Below, one piece after another: positions 30,161 through 39,786 of a stretch of 64,000 nt of DNA. The number at the start of each line of letters is the position of its first letter. Position 1 is the first letter of the stretch. Made by a program: the position numbers and the translations under genes. Source of the stretch: an uncultured Gemmatimonadota bacterium (GTDB taxonomy: Bacteria > GCA-2686955); contig CAZBBK010000003.1 of assembly GCA_964490075.1 (NCBI GenBank), forward strand, positions 62,001-126,000, in the 5' to 3' direction. The notes under the pieces are model-generated. The model saw nothing but the letters and a program-made list of their open reading frames with translations. It ran no database searches and was not told the origin of the DNA.

Positions 30161-30546
30161 CGTTCGGCTCTTCCGCAATGCTCGCGGACCACTTCCACGA
30201 GGGCGTCTATGTCGAAGGGCTTGGCGATGTGGGCGTCGAAGCTGCTCTGCTCCAGTCGCCGCAGATCGGCCCCGAGCACGCGGCCGGTCAATGCCAGCAC
30301 CGCGGTCTCGGGGCACCGCGCCTTCACTTCGCGGGCGACATCGAAGCCGTCGACTCCGGGAAGGCTGATGTCGGAGATCACCACCCGCGGCGGGGTGGGG
30401 CCGCGCACCACGCGGATCGCATCCTCACCCCGCGACACCGACTCGACCTCGAATCCCGCCAGCTCGAGAACCTCTTGCACCAATGCGGCGGCGCTCTCGT
30501 TGTCGTCGACGACCAGCACCCGGCAGGGCCGCGCCGCGCGGCTCAT
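30136..30546 (-). CDS. single-domain response regulator (receiver)
   Basis: VLVVDDN, ISDISLPGVDG, ALTG, KP. Confidence 0.92.
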   Translation of the reverse strand: MSRAARPCRVLVVDDNESAAALVQEVLELAGFEVESVSRGEDAIRVVRGPTPPRVVISDISLPGVDGFDVAREVKARCPETAVLALTGRVLGADLRRLEQSSFDAHIAKPFDIDALVEVVREHCGRAERCPPGQSI

Positions 30547-31529
30547 GGAAGCCGTGCCTCGCGAACCGGCTCGGGGCCCGCATACCAGCGCGCGAGGATC
30601 GAGACCAGCTCCGCGAGCTCATCGCCCTGCAGGTGCCGGCGCAGGTAAGCGGCCATCTCGAGAGTAGTGAGCCGCAGCGGCTCCTCGAGCTCGGGGATCT
30701 GCTCCTCGATCTCCTTCGCCTCGGCCCGTCTGCCGCGCCGACCGCGCCGGCGCTCGCCGGCTTCCGGCTGCGCGGCGGGGTTTCGGTCACGCGGCCCGGT
30801 CAGGCTCTCGTAGGCCGCCCTCTCTTCCGGCGTCACCGGCGCGGCCAGGAGCGCCGGCAGCGCGGGATCGTCGAGCAGCTGTTTGAGCACCTTGACGACC
30901 GTGCCGTCGAGCTCGAAGAGCTTCTCCTTGATCGTCTCTTCCAGGTCCGATACGGCGAACACGACACGCGCCAGGAAGCGTTTGAGCCCGTTGTCGACGC
31001 GCACGAAGATCGTCGAGCGGGTGGCGATGGTGCGCCCGTCCAGGGGATCGAACTCGATCACGTTGACGAACGATCCGCCGGTCGGAATCCCCATGACCCG
31101 GAGCGTTCCCTGACCCGTGTAGATCACCGCGCGCGACGAACGATGGGCCTCGAAGAAATCGACCACCAGACCCTTGCCGTCGTCGCCGCGGTAGATCGGA
31201 CCCTCCCGGCCCACGGTGTAGGAATCGCCCATGTAGTTGCCGAGCTCGGCCAGCTCGACGACGCGATCGAAGCACCAATCGTAGAGCTCCACCGGGCAAC
31301 CGTAGTCGGCGGTCGAACGTACCGCGAGCGTCGGTCCGCCGGTGACGCGGGTCGCGATCGGCCGCCCCTCGTCGTTCGCCGTCTCGCTCACCCAGTGCGA
31401 GAACTCGGGGTCCTCATCGAGCAGCGTGCGCTCGACCACCGAGACGTACATCGACGAGGCGGCGCCGGCCACCGCCAGCAGGAGGCTGGCGAGGGCGAGG
31501 CGGGGGATGGGGGGAGCTGTCCTCTTCAT
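30543..31529 (-). CDS. hypothetical exported protein
   Basis: signal peptide, normal codon pattern, AGAGGA RBS, ATGA overlap with the receiver gene. Confidence 0.75.
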   Translation of the reverse strand: MKRTAPPIPRLALASLLLAVAGAASSMYVSVVERTLLDEDPEFSHWVSETANDEGRPIATRVTGGPTLAVRSTADYGCPVELYDWCFDRVVELAELGNYMGDSYTVGREGPIYRGDDGKGLVVDFFEAHRSSRAVIYTGQGTLRVMGIPTGGSFVNVIEFDPLDGRTIATRSTIFVRVDNGLKRFLARVVFAVSDLEETIKEKLFELDGTVVKVLKQLLDDPALPALLAAPVTPEERAAYESLTGPRDRNPAAQPEAGERRRGRRGRRAEAKEIEEQIPELEEPLRLTTLEMAAYLRRHLQGDELAELVSILARWYAGPEPVREARLP

Positions 31530-31635
31530 GGGTCCTCTTTAGGCTGGGACGGTCGCGATGGACGGCCGAGCGTCTCGATTGATATCGTAAGCTTTTCATC
31601 CGAAACAAAAACTCGCTCAGCGCCCTCTATCGAAC

Positions 31636-31824
31636 ATGCGCTTTCTCTTTCAGCTGCTCTTCTTCCTGGCCCTCGGGGCTCTGCTCAAGCAGCTCGCTCG
31701 CTCCATGCTCGGTCATTCGAAGGCCTCGAGGAAAGCGCGAGTTTCCGGGCCGGTGCGCGCGCCGCGCAAGCGGAACCCCGCCATGGCGGTGGAAGCGGAC
31801 TACGAAGTGATCGAGGACGAATGA
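31636..31824 (+). CDS. small membrane-anchored hypothetical protein
   Basis: hydrophobic N-terminus, basic middle, acidic end EADYEVIEDE; stop overlaps the purD start. Confidence 0.7.
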   Translation: MRFLFQLLFFLALGALLKQLARSMLGHSKASRKARVSGPVRAPRKRNPAMAVEADYEVIEDE

Positions 31825-33089
31825 TGCGAGTCTTGATCGTTGGCGGCGGTGGCCGGGAGCACGCCCTGGCCTGGGGATTGAAGCGCAGCCCGAGCGTCGA
31901 CCTGGTCGCCACCTGCCCCGGCAACCCTGGCACCGCCGCGCTCGGTCCGACTCACCCGACGCCCTCGCGCCAGGAGGAGCTGGTCCAGCTGGCGCGGAAC
32001 CTGGAGTCCGACCTCGTGGTGGTGGGGCCGGAGGCGCCGCTGGTCGCGGGTCTGGCCGATTCTCTGCGCCAGGCCGGCATCGACGTGTTCGGTCCCTCGG
32101 CGGCCGCGGCACGCCTCGAGGGCAGCAAGGTCTTCGCCAAGCAGTTCATGGAAGGTTGCGGAATCCCGACGGCCCGCTTCGGGGTCTTCGACGATGCCGA
32201 GCGCGCCCATGACTTCGTGCGCCACTCCGAGGTTGCGCTGGTGGTGAAGGCCGAGGGTCTGGCAGCCGGAAAAGGGGTCCTGGTCCCGTCCACCGAAGAC
32301 GAGACCCATCGCGCCGTCGACCGGGTGCTGGTCGAGCGTGCCTTCGGCGAAGCCGGCGCCAGAGTGGTGCTCGAAGAGCGCCTGAGTGGGCCCGAGCTCT
32401 CGCTGATGGCGGTGGCGGACGGACGAAATTGGCTCTGTCTGACGCCCTCGCGCGACCACAAGCGGCTGCTGGAGGGCGACGCCGGTCCCAACACCGGGGG
32501 CATGGGCGCCATCGCACCGGTCGGCGGAATCGGCGCATCCGAGCTGTCAGACCTCGAGCGCCGAGTCATCGAGGCGGCCTTGCGGGGCATGGAGGACCTG
32601 GGCACGCCCTTCGTGGGCTGTCTCTACGCCGGCCTGATGCTGACCGCCGATGGCCCGCGAGTGCTCGAGTACAATGTTCGTTTCGGGGACCCGGAGGCCC
32701 AGGCGCTGCTGCCCCTGGTGGAGGGAGACCTCGGACTCCTGCTGCGCTCGGCGGCCCGCGGGGCGCTCGAGGCCGATACCGTGCGCCTGGTCGAGGGAGC
32801 CGCGGCCAGCGTCGTGCTCGCCGCCCCGGGCTACCCCGCCGAGCCGCGGCGCGGGCTGGAGATCGGCGGAGTCGACGATCTGCCCGAGAAGGTCGTGGCC
32901 TTTCATGCCGGCACCGCGCGTCGAGCAGACGGTGCCTTGGTCACGGCGGGGGGCCGGGTGCTGGCGCTCACCGCACTGGGCGACGACCTGCAAGGGGCGC
33001 TGGAGACGACCTATGCCGCCATCGAGCGGGTGCACTTCGAGGGCATGCAATTCCGCGCCGACATCGGCCGCGGCGAGGTGAATCGATGA
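31824..33089 (+). CDS. purD: phosphoribosylamine--glycine ligase
   Basis: GGGGREHAL, LEGSKVFAK, GPNTGGMG, EYNVRFGDPE; start 31821 or 31824. Confidence 0.98.
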   Translation: MRVLIVGGGGREHALAWGLKRSPSVDLVATCPGNPGTAALGPTHPTPSRQEELVQLARNLESDLVVVGPEAPLVAGLADSLRQAGIDVFGPSAAAARLEGSKVFAKQFMEGCGIPTARFGVFDDAERAHDFVRHSEVALVVKAEGLAAGKGVLVPSTEDETHRAVDRVLVERAFGEAGARVVLEERLSGPELSLMAVADGRNWLCLTPSRDHKRLLEGDAGPNTGGMGAIAPVGGIGASELSDLERRVIEAALRGMEDLGTPFVGCLYAGLMLTADGPRVLEYNVRFGDPEAQALLPLVEGDLGLLLRSAARGALEADTVRLVEGAAASVVLAAPGYPAEPRRGLEIGGVDDLPEKVVAFHAGTARRADGALVTAGGRVLALTALGDDLQGALETTYAAIERVHFEGMQFRADIGRGEVNR

Positions 33090-33610
33090 GCAGCGAAAGA
33101 GAGCGCGCGGCGGCATTCGCCCCTCGCGTGTCGATCCTGATGGGGTCGGAATCGGACCGGGCGCAGATGGCCGCCGCCTCCGACGCCCTGAAGCTCTTCG
33201 GGGTACCGCACGAGGTGGTGGTTTCGAGCGCCCATCGCAGCTCGTCCGAGACCCGCGCCTACGTCGCCGACGCCCAGGAGCGGGGCGTACAGGTCTTCAT
33301 CTGTGGCGCCGGAATGAGCGCTGCGCTGCCCGGATCGGTCGCGGCCGAAACCACCTTGCCGGTGCTCGGGGTGCCGCTGGGCGGCTCGGCGCTCAGCGGA
33401 GTCGATGCGCTCTATGCCATCGCCCAGATGCCGGGGGGGATCCCGGTCGGGGCCACGGCGATCGGCAAGGCGGGGGCCAAGAACGCGGCGATTCTCGCGG
33501 TGCAGATCTTGGCCCTTTCCGATCCCGCCCTGGCCGCGCAACTCGAGTCGTTTCGCAAAGAGCTCTCCGCCCCCCCCAGCATCGAGTGTGTCGAGGGAGA
33601 ACAGGCATGA
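33086..33610 (+). CDS. purE: AIR carboxylase / N5-CAIR mutase
   Basis: MGSESD, SAHR, LPVLGVP, QMPGGIPV. Confidence 0.97.
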   Translation: MSSERERAAAFAPRVSILMGSESDRAQMAAASDALKLFGVPHEVVVSSAHRSSSETRAYVADAQERGVQVFICGAGMSAALPGSVAAETTLPVLGVPLGGSALSGVDALYAIAQMPGGIPVGATAIGKAGAKNAAILAVQILALSDPALAAQLESFRKELSAPPSIECVEGEQA

Positions 33611-34299
33611 GGCTCCTGGCGTCCATCCTGGTCGCGCTGCTCGCCGCCGGCTCCGCCCATGGCGCCGCGGCTCGGGCCCGCGATTCCCTGGCTCCCCGCT
33701 CGCTCGACTCCGGCGCCCCCGTCGCGGGCTCCGGCACACGGATCCTGCTCACGACCGGCTTCGAGGAGGGCATCCTGCCGGCCGACTGGTCGCTGCGGCG
33801 CAGCCGCACCCCCTCCGATTCCCTGCCCGGCTCCTGGTTCGTGGCGCCCACCGACCCCGAGGTCGCCATCGGCGACGGGGATTTCCTGGTCTGGGCCAAT
33901 TGGGACACGGTCCAGAGCGCCGACGAATGGCTGATCACGCCGCGCCTCGATCTTTCCGACCCCGCGCTGACCGAGGTCGCGATCGACTTCCTGCGGATCT
34001 ACCACGACCCCGCCCGCTGGGCTGATCAGGCGACGCTCACGGTGCTGGCATCGCGCGACGACGGAGCGACCTTTCCCGACACCCTCTACACCGTGACGCC
34101 GCGTTCGCGCGCCGGCCGGGAGCGGGTGTCGATCGACCTCTCCGGCTACCTGGGCGGCTTCACCTTCCGCGTGGCCTTCCTCTACGCGGGGCTGGGAGGC
34201 GATTCGGCCGGGGTCGACGACGTGGTGGTGCACGCCGGTCTGCCGGTGCGAATCATGAGGCGCAGCTGGGGGGAAATCAAACGAAGTTCAAGGCCGTGA
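33607..34299 (+). CDS. secreted protein, cleaved-adhesin/choice-of-anchor J-like beta-sandwich, with SWGEIK C-terminal motif
   Basis: signal peptide, GFEEGILPADW, ADEWLITPRLDL, VDDV; ends PVRIMRRSWGEIKRSSRP. Confidence 0.75.
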   Translation: MRLLASILVALLAAGSAHGAAARARDSLAPRSLDSGAPVAGSGTRILLTTGFEEGILPADWSLRRSRTPSDSLPGSWFVAPTDPEVAIGDGDFLVWANWDTVQSADEWLITPRLDLSDPALTEVAIDFLRIYHDPARWADQATLTVLASRDDGATFPDTLYTVTPRSRAGRERVSIDLSGYLGGFTFRVAFLYAGLGGDSAGVDDVVVHAGLPVRIMRRSWGEIKRSSRP

Positions 34300-34397
34300 G
34301 CTCCTCGTGCGGAAAGGCTGGAGTGCCCGGGAGGCGGCCGCCGATAGAAGATTCTGACCACTGCGAATTCACGGATCTCTATCAGGAATAGAGAACG

Positions 34398-35135
34398 ATG
34401 CCAGCCGAGACACAGGTGCTGCGGCGCCCGCCCGATCCCGACAGCGTTTCCCTGGAACGCTCCCCCGAGGAGATGGAGCGTCTGGCGCAGCGCCTCGGAC
34501 TGCCGCGGCCGCCACGCAGAGGACGCCCCCGGCGCGGGGGCTGGAGCCTCTGGGTCAAGCGCACCATCGATTTCAACTTCGCCCTGGCTCTGCTCCTCTT
34601 GGCCGGACCGGTCATGATGCTGATCGCGCTGGCGATCAGGCTCAGCTCACCCGGCCCGGTGCTATTCCGGCAGCTGCGCATCGGTCATTCGCCGGAGTGG
34701 GCCGAGGCCCGTTCGGGCCTTCCCCGTGCCTTCGAGATCTTGAAGTTCCGCACCATGAAGGTGGACACCCCCGCCTACCAGACCACTCCGGCGACCCACG
34801 ACGACGATCGCATCACCACGGTCGGGCGCTTCCTGCGCAAGACCAGCCTCGACGAGCTGCCGCAGCTCTTCAACGTGCTGCGCGGGCAGATGGCCTTCAT
34901 CGGTCCCCGCCCGGAGATGCCCTTCGTGGTGAAGAGTTACGGGGTGCTGCACCGACGCCGGCTGGCGGTGATGCCGGGGATCACCGGCCTCTGGCAGCTC
35001 TACGGCATCCGCTCCAAGCCGATCCACTCGCAGATCGAGTTCGACCTCTACTACATCGATCAATGGTCTCTGGGGCTCGATCTCTTCGTCATCCGCAAGA
35101 CCTTCAACTTCGTGCTCAAGGGAGGCAATGTCTGA
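34398..35135 (+). CDS. bacterial sugar transferase (polyprenyl-phosphate phosphoglycosyl transferase)
   Basis: [35 protein letters not shown]. Confidence 0.95.
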   Translation: MPAETQVLRRPPDPDSVSLERSPEEMERLAQRLGLPRPPRRGRPRRGGWSLWVKRTIDFNFALALLLLAGPVMMLIALAIRLSSPGPVLFRQLRIGHSPEWAEARSGLPRAFEILKFRTMKVDTPAYQTTPATHDDDRITTVGRFLRKTSLDELPQLFNVLRGQMAFIGPRPEMPFVVKSYGVLHRRRLAVMPGITGLWQLYGIRSKPIHSQIEFDLYYIDQWSLGLDLFVIRKTFNFVLKGGNV

Positions 35136-36156
35136 GGATGCGCAGCGCCACGATGTGCTGATCGGGTCGGCCCGACCGGTCGAGCCCTTCGGGGATCGGC
35201 CGCGGGTCGGCGTGGCGCTGGGCGCCGGTGCGGCACGCGGCTTCGCCCACGCCGGTGTGCTGGAGGTTCTGCTCCGGGAAGGGATCCCGATCGATCTCAT
35301 CGTGGGCATCAGCATCGGAGCCTTCGTCGGTGCGATCTGGGCCTACGAGCAGCGTGCGGAGGAGATGATCGAGCGTTTCGGGGCTTTTCTGGACAGCCCC
35401 CAGGCGGCGCGTTCGATCCTCGCCTTTCCGACCCGCAACGAAGAGGATGATCGCGGCAATTTCTTCCGCAGGATCGGCGGGACTCTTCGCCAGAAGTACA
35501 CCTACAGCAAGGCGATGGTCGGCCGCTCGATGCTCCCGCACGAGTATCTGAACACCATCCTGCGCGCGTTGGTTCCCGACCGCGACATCGCCGAGACGAA
35601 GATCCCTTTCGCCTGCGTGGCGGTCGACGTGATGGAAGCGCGACGGGTGCTCTTCACCGCCGGCCCGGTGCGCTCCGCGCTGCTGGCCTCGGCGGCGATT
35701 CCGGGCGTATTTCCCCCGGTCGAGCTCGGCAAGCGACTGTTGATCGACGGCGCCACGATGGGGGGCATTCCGGTCGATGCGTGTCGCAGCCTGGGCGCCG
35801 ACCTGGTGATCGGCTGCGATGTTCGGGCCTCCATTCGGCGTCCCTTCCAGCTCGAGAGCGGGATCGATCTGACCATCCGCGCCGATGCGATCACCGGCTA
35901 CGAGCTGTCGCAGGCACAGCTGGAGCGCACCGACGTGGCGATCCAGCCGCAGGTCGGCCACCTCTTCTGGGCCGACTTCCACCAGTACCGCGAGGCCTAC
36001 GATGCCGGGGTGGAGGCGGCCCGCCGCAGCCTGCCCGAGCTGCGGCGAGCGATCGCCGATTGGTCGCTGGAGCAGCGCCGCGCGCGAGGCTGGTGGGAAC
36101 GCCTGCGGGGCTTCACGGGGGCGGGCGCCACGCCGCGCTCCGCGGCGCGCCGTTGA
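35128..36156 (+). CDS. patatin-like phospholipase
   Basis: LGAGAARG, GISIG nucleophile elbow, SAAIPG, DGA. Confidence 0.93.
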   Translation: MSEDAQRHDVLIGSARPVEPFGDRPRVGVALGAGAARGFAHAGVLEVLLREGIPIDLIVGISIGAFVGAIWAYEQRAEEMIERFGAFLDSPQAARSILAFPTRNEEDDRGNFFRRIGGTLRQKYTYSKAMVGRSMLPHEYLNTILRALVPDRDIAETKIPFACVAVDVMEARRVLFTAGPVRSALLASAAIPGVFPPVELGKRLLIDGATMGGIPVDACRSLGADLVIGCDVRASIRRPFQLESGIDLTIRADAITGYELSQAQLERTDVAIQPQVGHLFWADFHQYREAYDAGVEAARRSLPELRRAIADWSLEQRRARGWWERLRGFTGAGATPRSAARR

Positions 36157-36249
36157 CCCAGCCGCGCCAGGGGCGTTAGCCTCGCGTCTCGCAAATCCCA
36201 TTGCAACGTAGATAGTTAGCTCGTGCATCCATAGCCGTCGAAATGGGGG

Positions 36250-37836
36250 ATGATGGCGTTCCTCCAGCGCTCGTTGCTCTGCTCTCCGCCCTGGCTCTTC
36301 GCCCTCGCGGCCGGATCGCTGCACGCCTTCTCGCTGCCGCCCGCCGCCGGATACGGCTGGCTGGTGCCGGGCGTGGTGCTGCTGGCGGCCGGCGCCGTGG
36401 CCCGCAGCGCCGGCGCGCGCGGGGCGCTGTGGACCGGTCTGGTCTACGGCCTCACGGCCCATCTCGGGGTCTTCCACTGGCTCTTCGAGATCCCTGAGAC
36501 CCCGGCGCCGATCCTGGGCGTGGCCTACCTGGGACTGGCGGCCTACGGGGCGCTCTTCCCCGCCGCCCTGTTCTGGCTGCAGGCGCGTCTCTTGCTGCGC
36601 GCACGACGCGGCACGGCGAGCTGGGCGCTCTTTCCGGTGCTCTGGGTCGGCATGGAGCAGATCCGCGCTCTGGGACTCTTGGGCTTTCCCTGGCTCGACC
36701 TCTCGACCTCGCTCAGCGTCCATCCGCCGCTGATCCAGCTGGCGGCCTGGGGCGGCGCCGCGGCGGTCGACCTGGTGGCGGCGATGCTAGGGACGGCGCT
36801 GGCGGCCGCGCTCGATCCGGCGCTCGGCGCCGCGCCGCGGCGGCGAGCCTGGGCGGCGCTCGCGGCGGGCGCGTTGGCGGTGGCCTGGCCGGCTTTCGGC
36901 CTGGCGCGCCTGGCGGCCGCGCCGCCGGAACCAGAGCCGACCCGAGAGGAGACGCTGCGCGTAGCGGTGGTGCAGGGGAACATCGACCCCGCCCAGAAAT
37001 GGCGCTCGGGCCAGGCCCGGCTCTCGCTCGACACCTTCGCCGCCCAGACCCGCGCCCTGGTGTCGCCGGGGGGGGGCGCGGCGCCCGACCTGGTGGTCTG
37101 GCCCGAGACCAGCATGCCCTGCCTCATCGAAGGACCGCGCGCCGGCCACTGCCCTTCGTGGCTGAGCGAGCTGGCGCGCGAGGTGCAGACCTGGATCCTG
37201 GTCGGCGCACTCTCTCCGGGACCGGCGGTCGGAGGGCGAGCCTCGTACTACAACAGTGCCTACCTGGTGGCTCCCTCGGGCGAGTCCGTCGATCGCTACG
37301 ACAAGGTGCACCTGGTTCCCTTCGGCGAGATGATTCCCCTGGACGACCACATCGAGGTGCTGCGACGGGTCGATTTCGGCGAGGGAGATTTCGTGTCGGG
37401 CAGGGCGCTGCGGGCGATCGGGGAGGGACGCCGGCGCCTGGGTGTTCTGATCTGCTTCGAATCGCTTTTCGGGCGCCAGGCGCGACGCCTGGCGCGGGAT
37501 GGCGCGCGGCTCCTGGTGATCATCACCAACGATGCCTGGTTCGGTCGCTCCGCCGCGCCGGAGCAGCATGCCGCGATCGCCGCGCTGCGCGCGGTGGAGA
37601 CCGGACTGGCGATCGCCCGCTGCGCCAACACCGGGATCTCCGGCTTCGTCGATCCCTGGGGACGCTACCGGGCGCGCATCGAGCTCGACCAGTGCATGAG
37701 CCGGGTCGCGATTCTGCCCAGCGCCGAGGCCGCCACCCTCTACGTGCGCCTGGGCGAAGTCGTCGGCTTCCCCTGCGCACTGGCCGCGCTGGCGCTGGCG
37801 CTCGGCGAGCTCTTCGCGCGCCGGGAGGCCGCGTGA
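36250..37836 (+). CDS. lnt: apolipoprotein N-acyltransferase
   Basis: GFPW, VQGNI, WPET, YDKVHLVPFGE, ICFE, TNDAWFG. Confidence 0.97.
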   Translation: MMAFLQRSLLCSPPWLFALAAGSLHAFSLPPAAGYGWLVPGVVLLAAGAVARSAGARGALWTGLVYGLTAHLGVFHWLFEIPETPAPILGVAYLGLAAYGALFPAALFWLQARLLLRARRGTASWALFPVLWVGMEQIRALGLLGFPWLDLSTSLSVHPPLIQLAAWGGAAAVDLVAAMLGTALAAALDPALGAAPRRRAWAALAAGALAVAWPAFGLARLAAAPPEPEPTREETLRVAVVQGNIDPAQKWRSGQARLSLDTFAAQTRALVSPGGGAAPDLVVWPETSMPCLIEGPRAGHCPSWLSELAREVQTWILVGALSPGPAVGGRASYYNSAYLVAPSGESVDRYDKVHLVPFGEMIPLDDHIEVLRRVDFGEGDFVSGRALRAIGEGRRRLGVLICFESLFGRQARRLARDGARLLVIITNDAWFGRSAAPEQHAAIAALRAVETGLAIARCANTGISGFVDPWGRYRARIELDQCMSRVAILPSAEAATLYVRLGEVVGFPCALAALALALGELFARREAA

Positions 37837-38756
37837 TGCCGCGGCAGGACGCGGACCCCGGCGCGCATCGGGCCGGCACCGTGGCGCTGATCGGCCGTCC
37901 CAACGCCGGCAAGTCGACCTTGATGAACGCGCTGCTCGGCACACGCCTGGCGATCACTTCGCGGCGGCCGCAGACCACCCGCCAGCGGGTCACCGGAATC
38001 CTGAGCGGAACCGATTACCAGGCGCTGCTGGTCGACACGCCCGGCCTGGTCCGCCCGAGAGATCCTCTGCAGAAGGTGATGATGCAGACCGCCGAGGCGG
38101 TCGCCCGCGACGCAGATCTGGTCGTCTGCCTGGTGGACAGCAAAGGCTCGTCCCGCAAGCCCCCGGCAACGGCGCTGGACTGGCTGCGCGCCGGCTCCAA
38201 CCCGGCGCTGCTGGTCCTGAGCAAGATCGACCTGGTCGCCAAGCCGAGGCTCTTGCCGATGATCGAAGAGCTGGCCGCGGTGCACGACTGGGCCGCGATT
38301 CTGCCCCTCAGCGCCAGCAAGGGGGACGGTCTGGAGCGACTCGGCGGCCTGATCAGGAAGCTGCTGCCGCTGGGACCGCCGCTCTTCGCCGAGGGCGAGC
38401 TGTCGGAGGAGCCGGAGCGCTTCTTCGCCGCCGAGTTTGTGCGCGAGCAGGTGATGCGCCAGCTCGGCCAGGAGCTGCCCTATGCGGCGGCGGTAGAGAT
38501 CGAGGCTTATCAGGGCGCTTGCGCGCGGACCAAGAGCCGGATCGCGGCCGCCATTCTGGTCGAGCGAGAGAGCCAGAAGGCGATCGTGATCGGCAAGGGG
38601 GGGCGCACGATCCGGCGCATCGGAACCGAGGCGCGGCACGCCATCGAGGCGCTCCTGGGCCGGCCGGTCCATCTCGAGCTGCGCGTCAAGGTCGACCGGA
38701 ACTGGAGCCGCGACCCGCGCAAGCTGGAGAGCCTGCGCCATCGGCCGCAGGGATAG
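37836..38756 (+). CDS. era: GTPase Era
   Basis: GRPNAGKST, QTTR, DTPG, ELPY, VIGKGG KH domain. Confidence 0.97.
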   Translation: MPRQDADPGAHRAGTVALIGRPNAGKSTLMNALLGTRLAITSRRPQTTRQRVTGILSGTDYQALLVDTPGLVRPRDPLQKVMMQTAEAVARDADLVVCLVDSKGSSRKPPATALDWLRAGSNPALLVLSKIDLVAKPRLLPMIEELAAVHDWAAILPLSASKGDGLERLGGLIRKLLPLGPPLFAEGELSEEPERFFAAEFVREQVMRQLGQELPYAAAVEIEAYQGACARTKSRIAAAILVERESQKAIVIGKGGRTIRRIGTEARHAIEALLGRPVHLELRVKVDRNWSRDPRKLESLRHRPQG

Positions 38757-38759
38757 GCT

Positions 38760-39719
38760 CTACGCGCGGAAGTAGTCGATCACCTGGCGGATGGTCGTGT
38801 CGAGATCGATGGTCGGCTGATAGCCCACGTACTCGTGGACCTTGGTCAGGTCGGGGATGCGCCGGCGCATGTCCTCGAAGCCCTTTTCGTAGGCCACCTC
38901 GTAGGGAATGAACTCGATTTCCGAGTCGGAGCCGGTGAGCTCCTTGACCCGCTCGGCGAGCTCCAGGATGGTGACTTCCTGGTCGTTGCCGAGGTTGAAG
39001 ACCTGACCGCGCGCGCGCTCGCAGTTCATCAGCTCGATCAGTCCGCCCACCACATCCGAGACGTTGCCGAAGCAGCGCGACTGGCTGCCGTCGTCGTAGA
39101 CCGGAATCTGGTGGCCGAGCAGCGCGGCCTTGACGAAACGCGGCAGCACCATGCCGTACTCTCCGGTCTGCCGTGGGCCGACCGTGTTGAAGAGCCGCAC
39201 GATGACGACCGGGAGGCTCTTCTCGCGGTAGTAGGCCAGGGCCAGGTACTCGTCGACCGCCTTGGCGTCGGCATAGCTCCACCGGCTCAGGTGGGTCGAT
39301 CCCATGGTCCGGTCCTGGTCCTCCGAGAAAGGAACCGAGTTGGACTTGCCGTAGACCTCGGAGGTCGAGGCGATCAACACGTTCTTCTTCTTCTTGTTGG
39401 CCTCTTCGAGCACGATCTCGGTGCCGCGAATGTTGACGGTCAGAGAGCGCAGCGGCTCGTCGACGATCATCCGCACCCCGACCGCGGCGGCCAGATGGTA
39501 GACCTGATCGACCTGGTCGATCAGCTTGGCCATGGTCTGCTCGTTCAACACCGAGTCGATCACCCACGAGAAGCGCTCGTTCTCCTCCAGGTGCCGGATG
39601 TTGTCGAATCGACCGGTGGAGAGGTCGTCGATGATCGTCACCGAATCGCCCCGCTCCAGGAGCCGTTCGCAGAGGTGAGAGCCGATGAAGCCGGCACCGC
39701 CGGTGATCAGGATGCGCAT
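38760..39719 (-). CDS. NAD-dependent nucleotide-sugar epimerase/dehydratase
   Basis: TGGAGFIGSH, STSEVYG, YxxxK (YADAK), RLFNTVGPRQ. Confidence 0.95.
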   Translation of the reverse strand: MRILITGGAGFIGSHLCERLLERGDSVTIIDDLSTGRFDNIRHLEENERFSWVIDSVLNEQTMAKLIDQVDQVYHLAAAVGVRMIVDEPLRSLTVNIRGTEIVLEEANKKKKNVLIASTSEVYGKSNSVPFSEDQDRTMGSTHLSRWSYADAKAVDEYLALAYYREKSLPVVIVRLFNTVGPRQTGEYGMVLPRFVKAALLGHQIPVYDDGSQSRCFGNVSDVVGGLIELMNCERARGQVFNLGNDQEVTILELAERVKELTGSDSEIEFIPYEVAYEKGFEDMRRRIPDLTKVHEYVGYQPTIDLDTTIRQVIDYFRA

Positions 39720-39786
39720 CAGATCTTCCTAGAGAGCTGCCGTGTACGTTGGAAAAAAGTAACTTAGCCGGATCTCGGCGGGGTGT

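Noticed and set aside
34342-34349. Sigma28-like -10 element (GCCGATAG region) upstream of the sugar transferase
   Set aside because: No convincing -35 element at the correct spacing
36195-36225. IHF-like AT-rich sites upstream of lnt (also 39749-39766 upstream of the epimerase)
   Set aside because: Only partial matches to WATCAANNNNTTR; too weak to call
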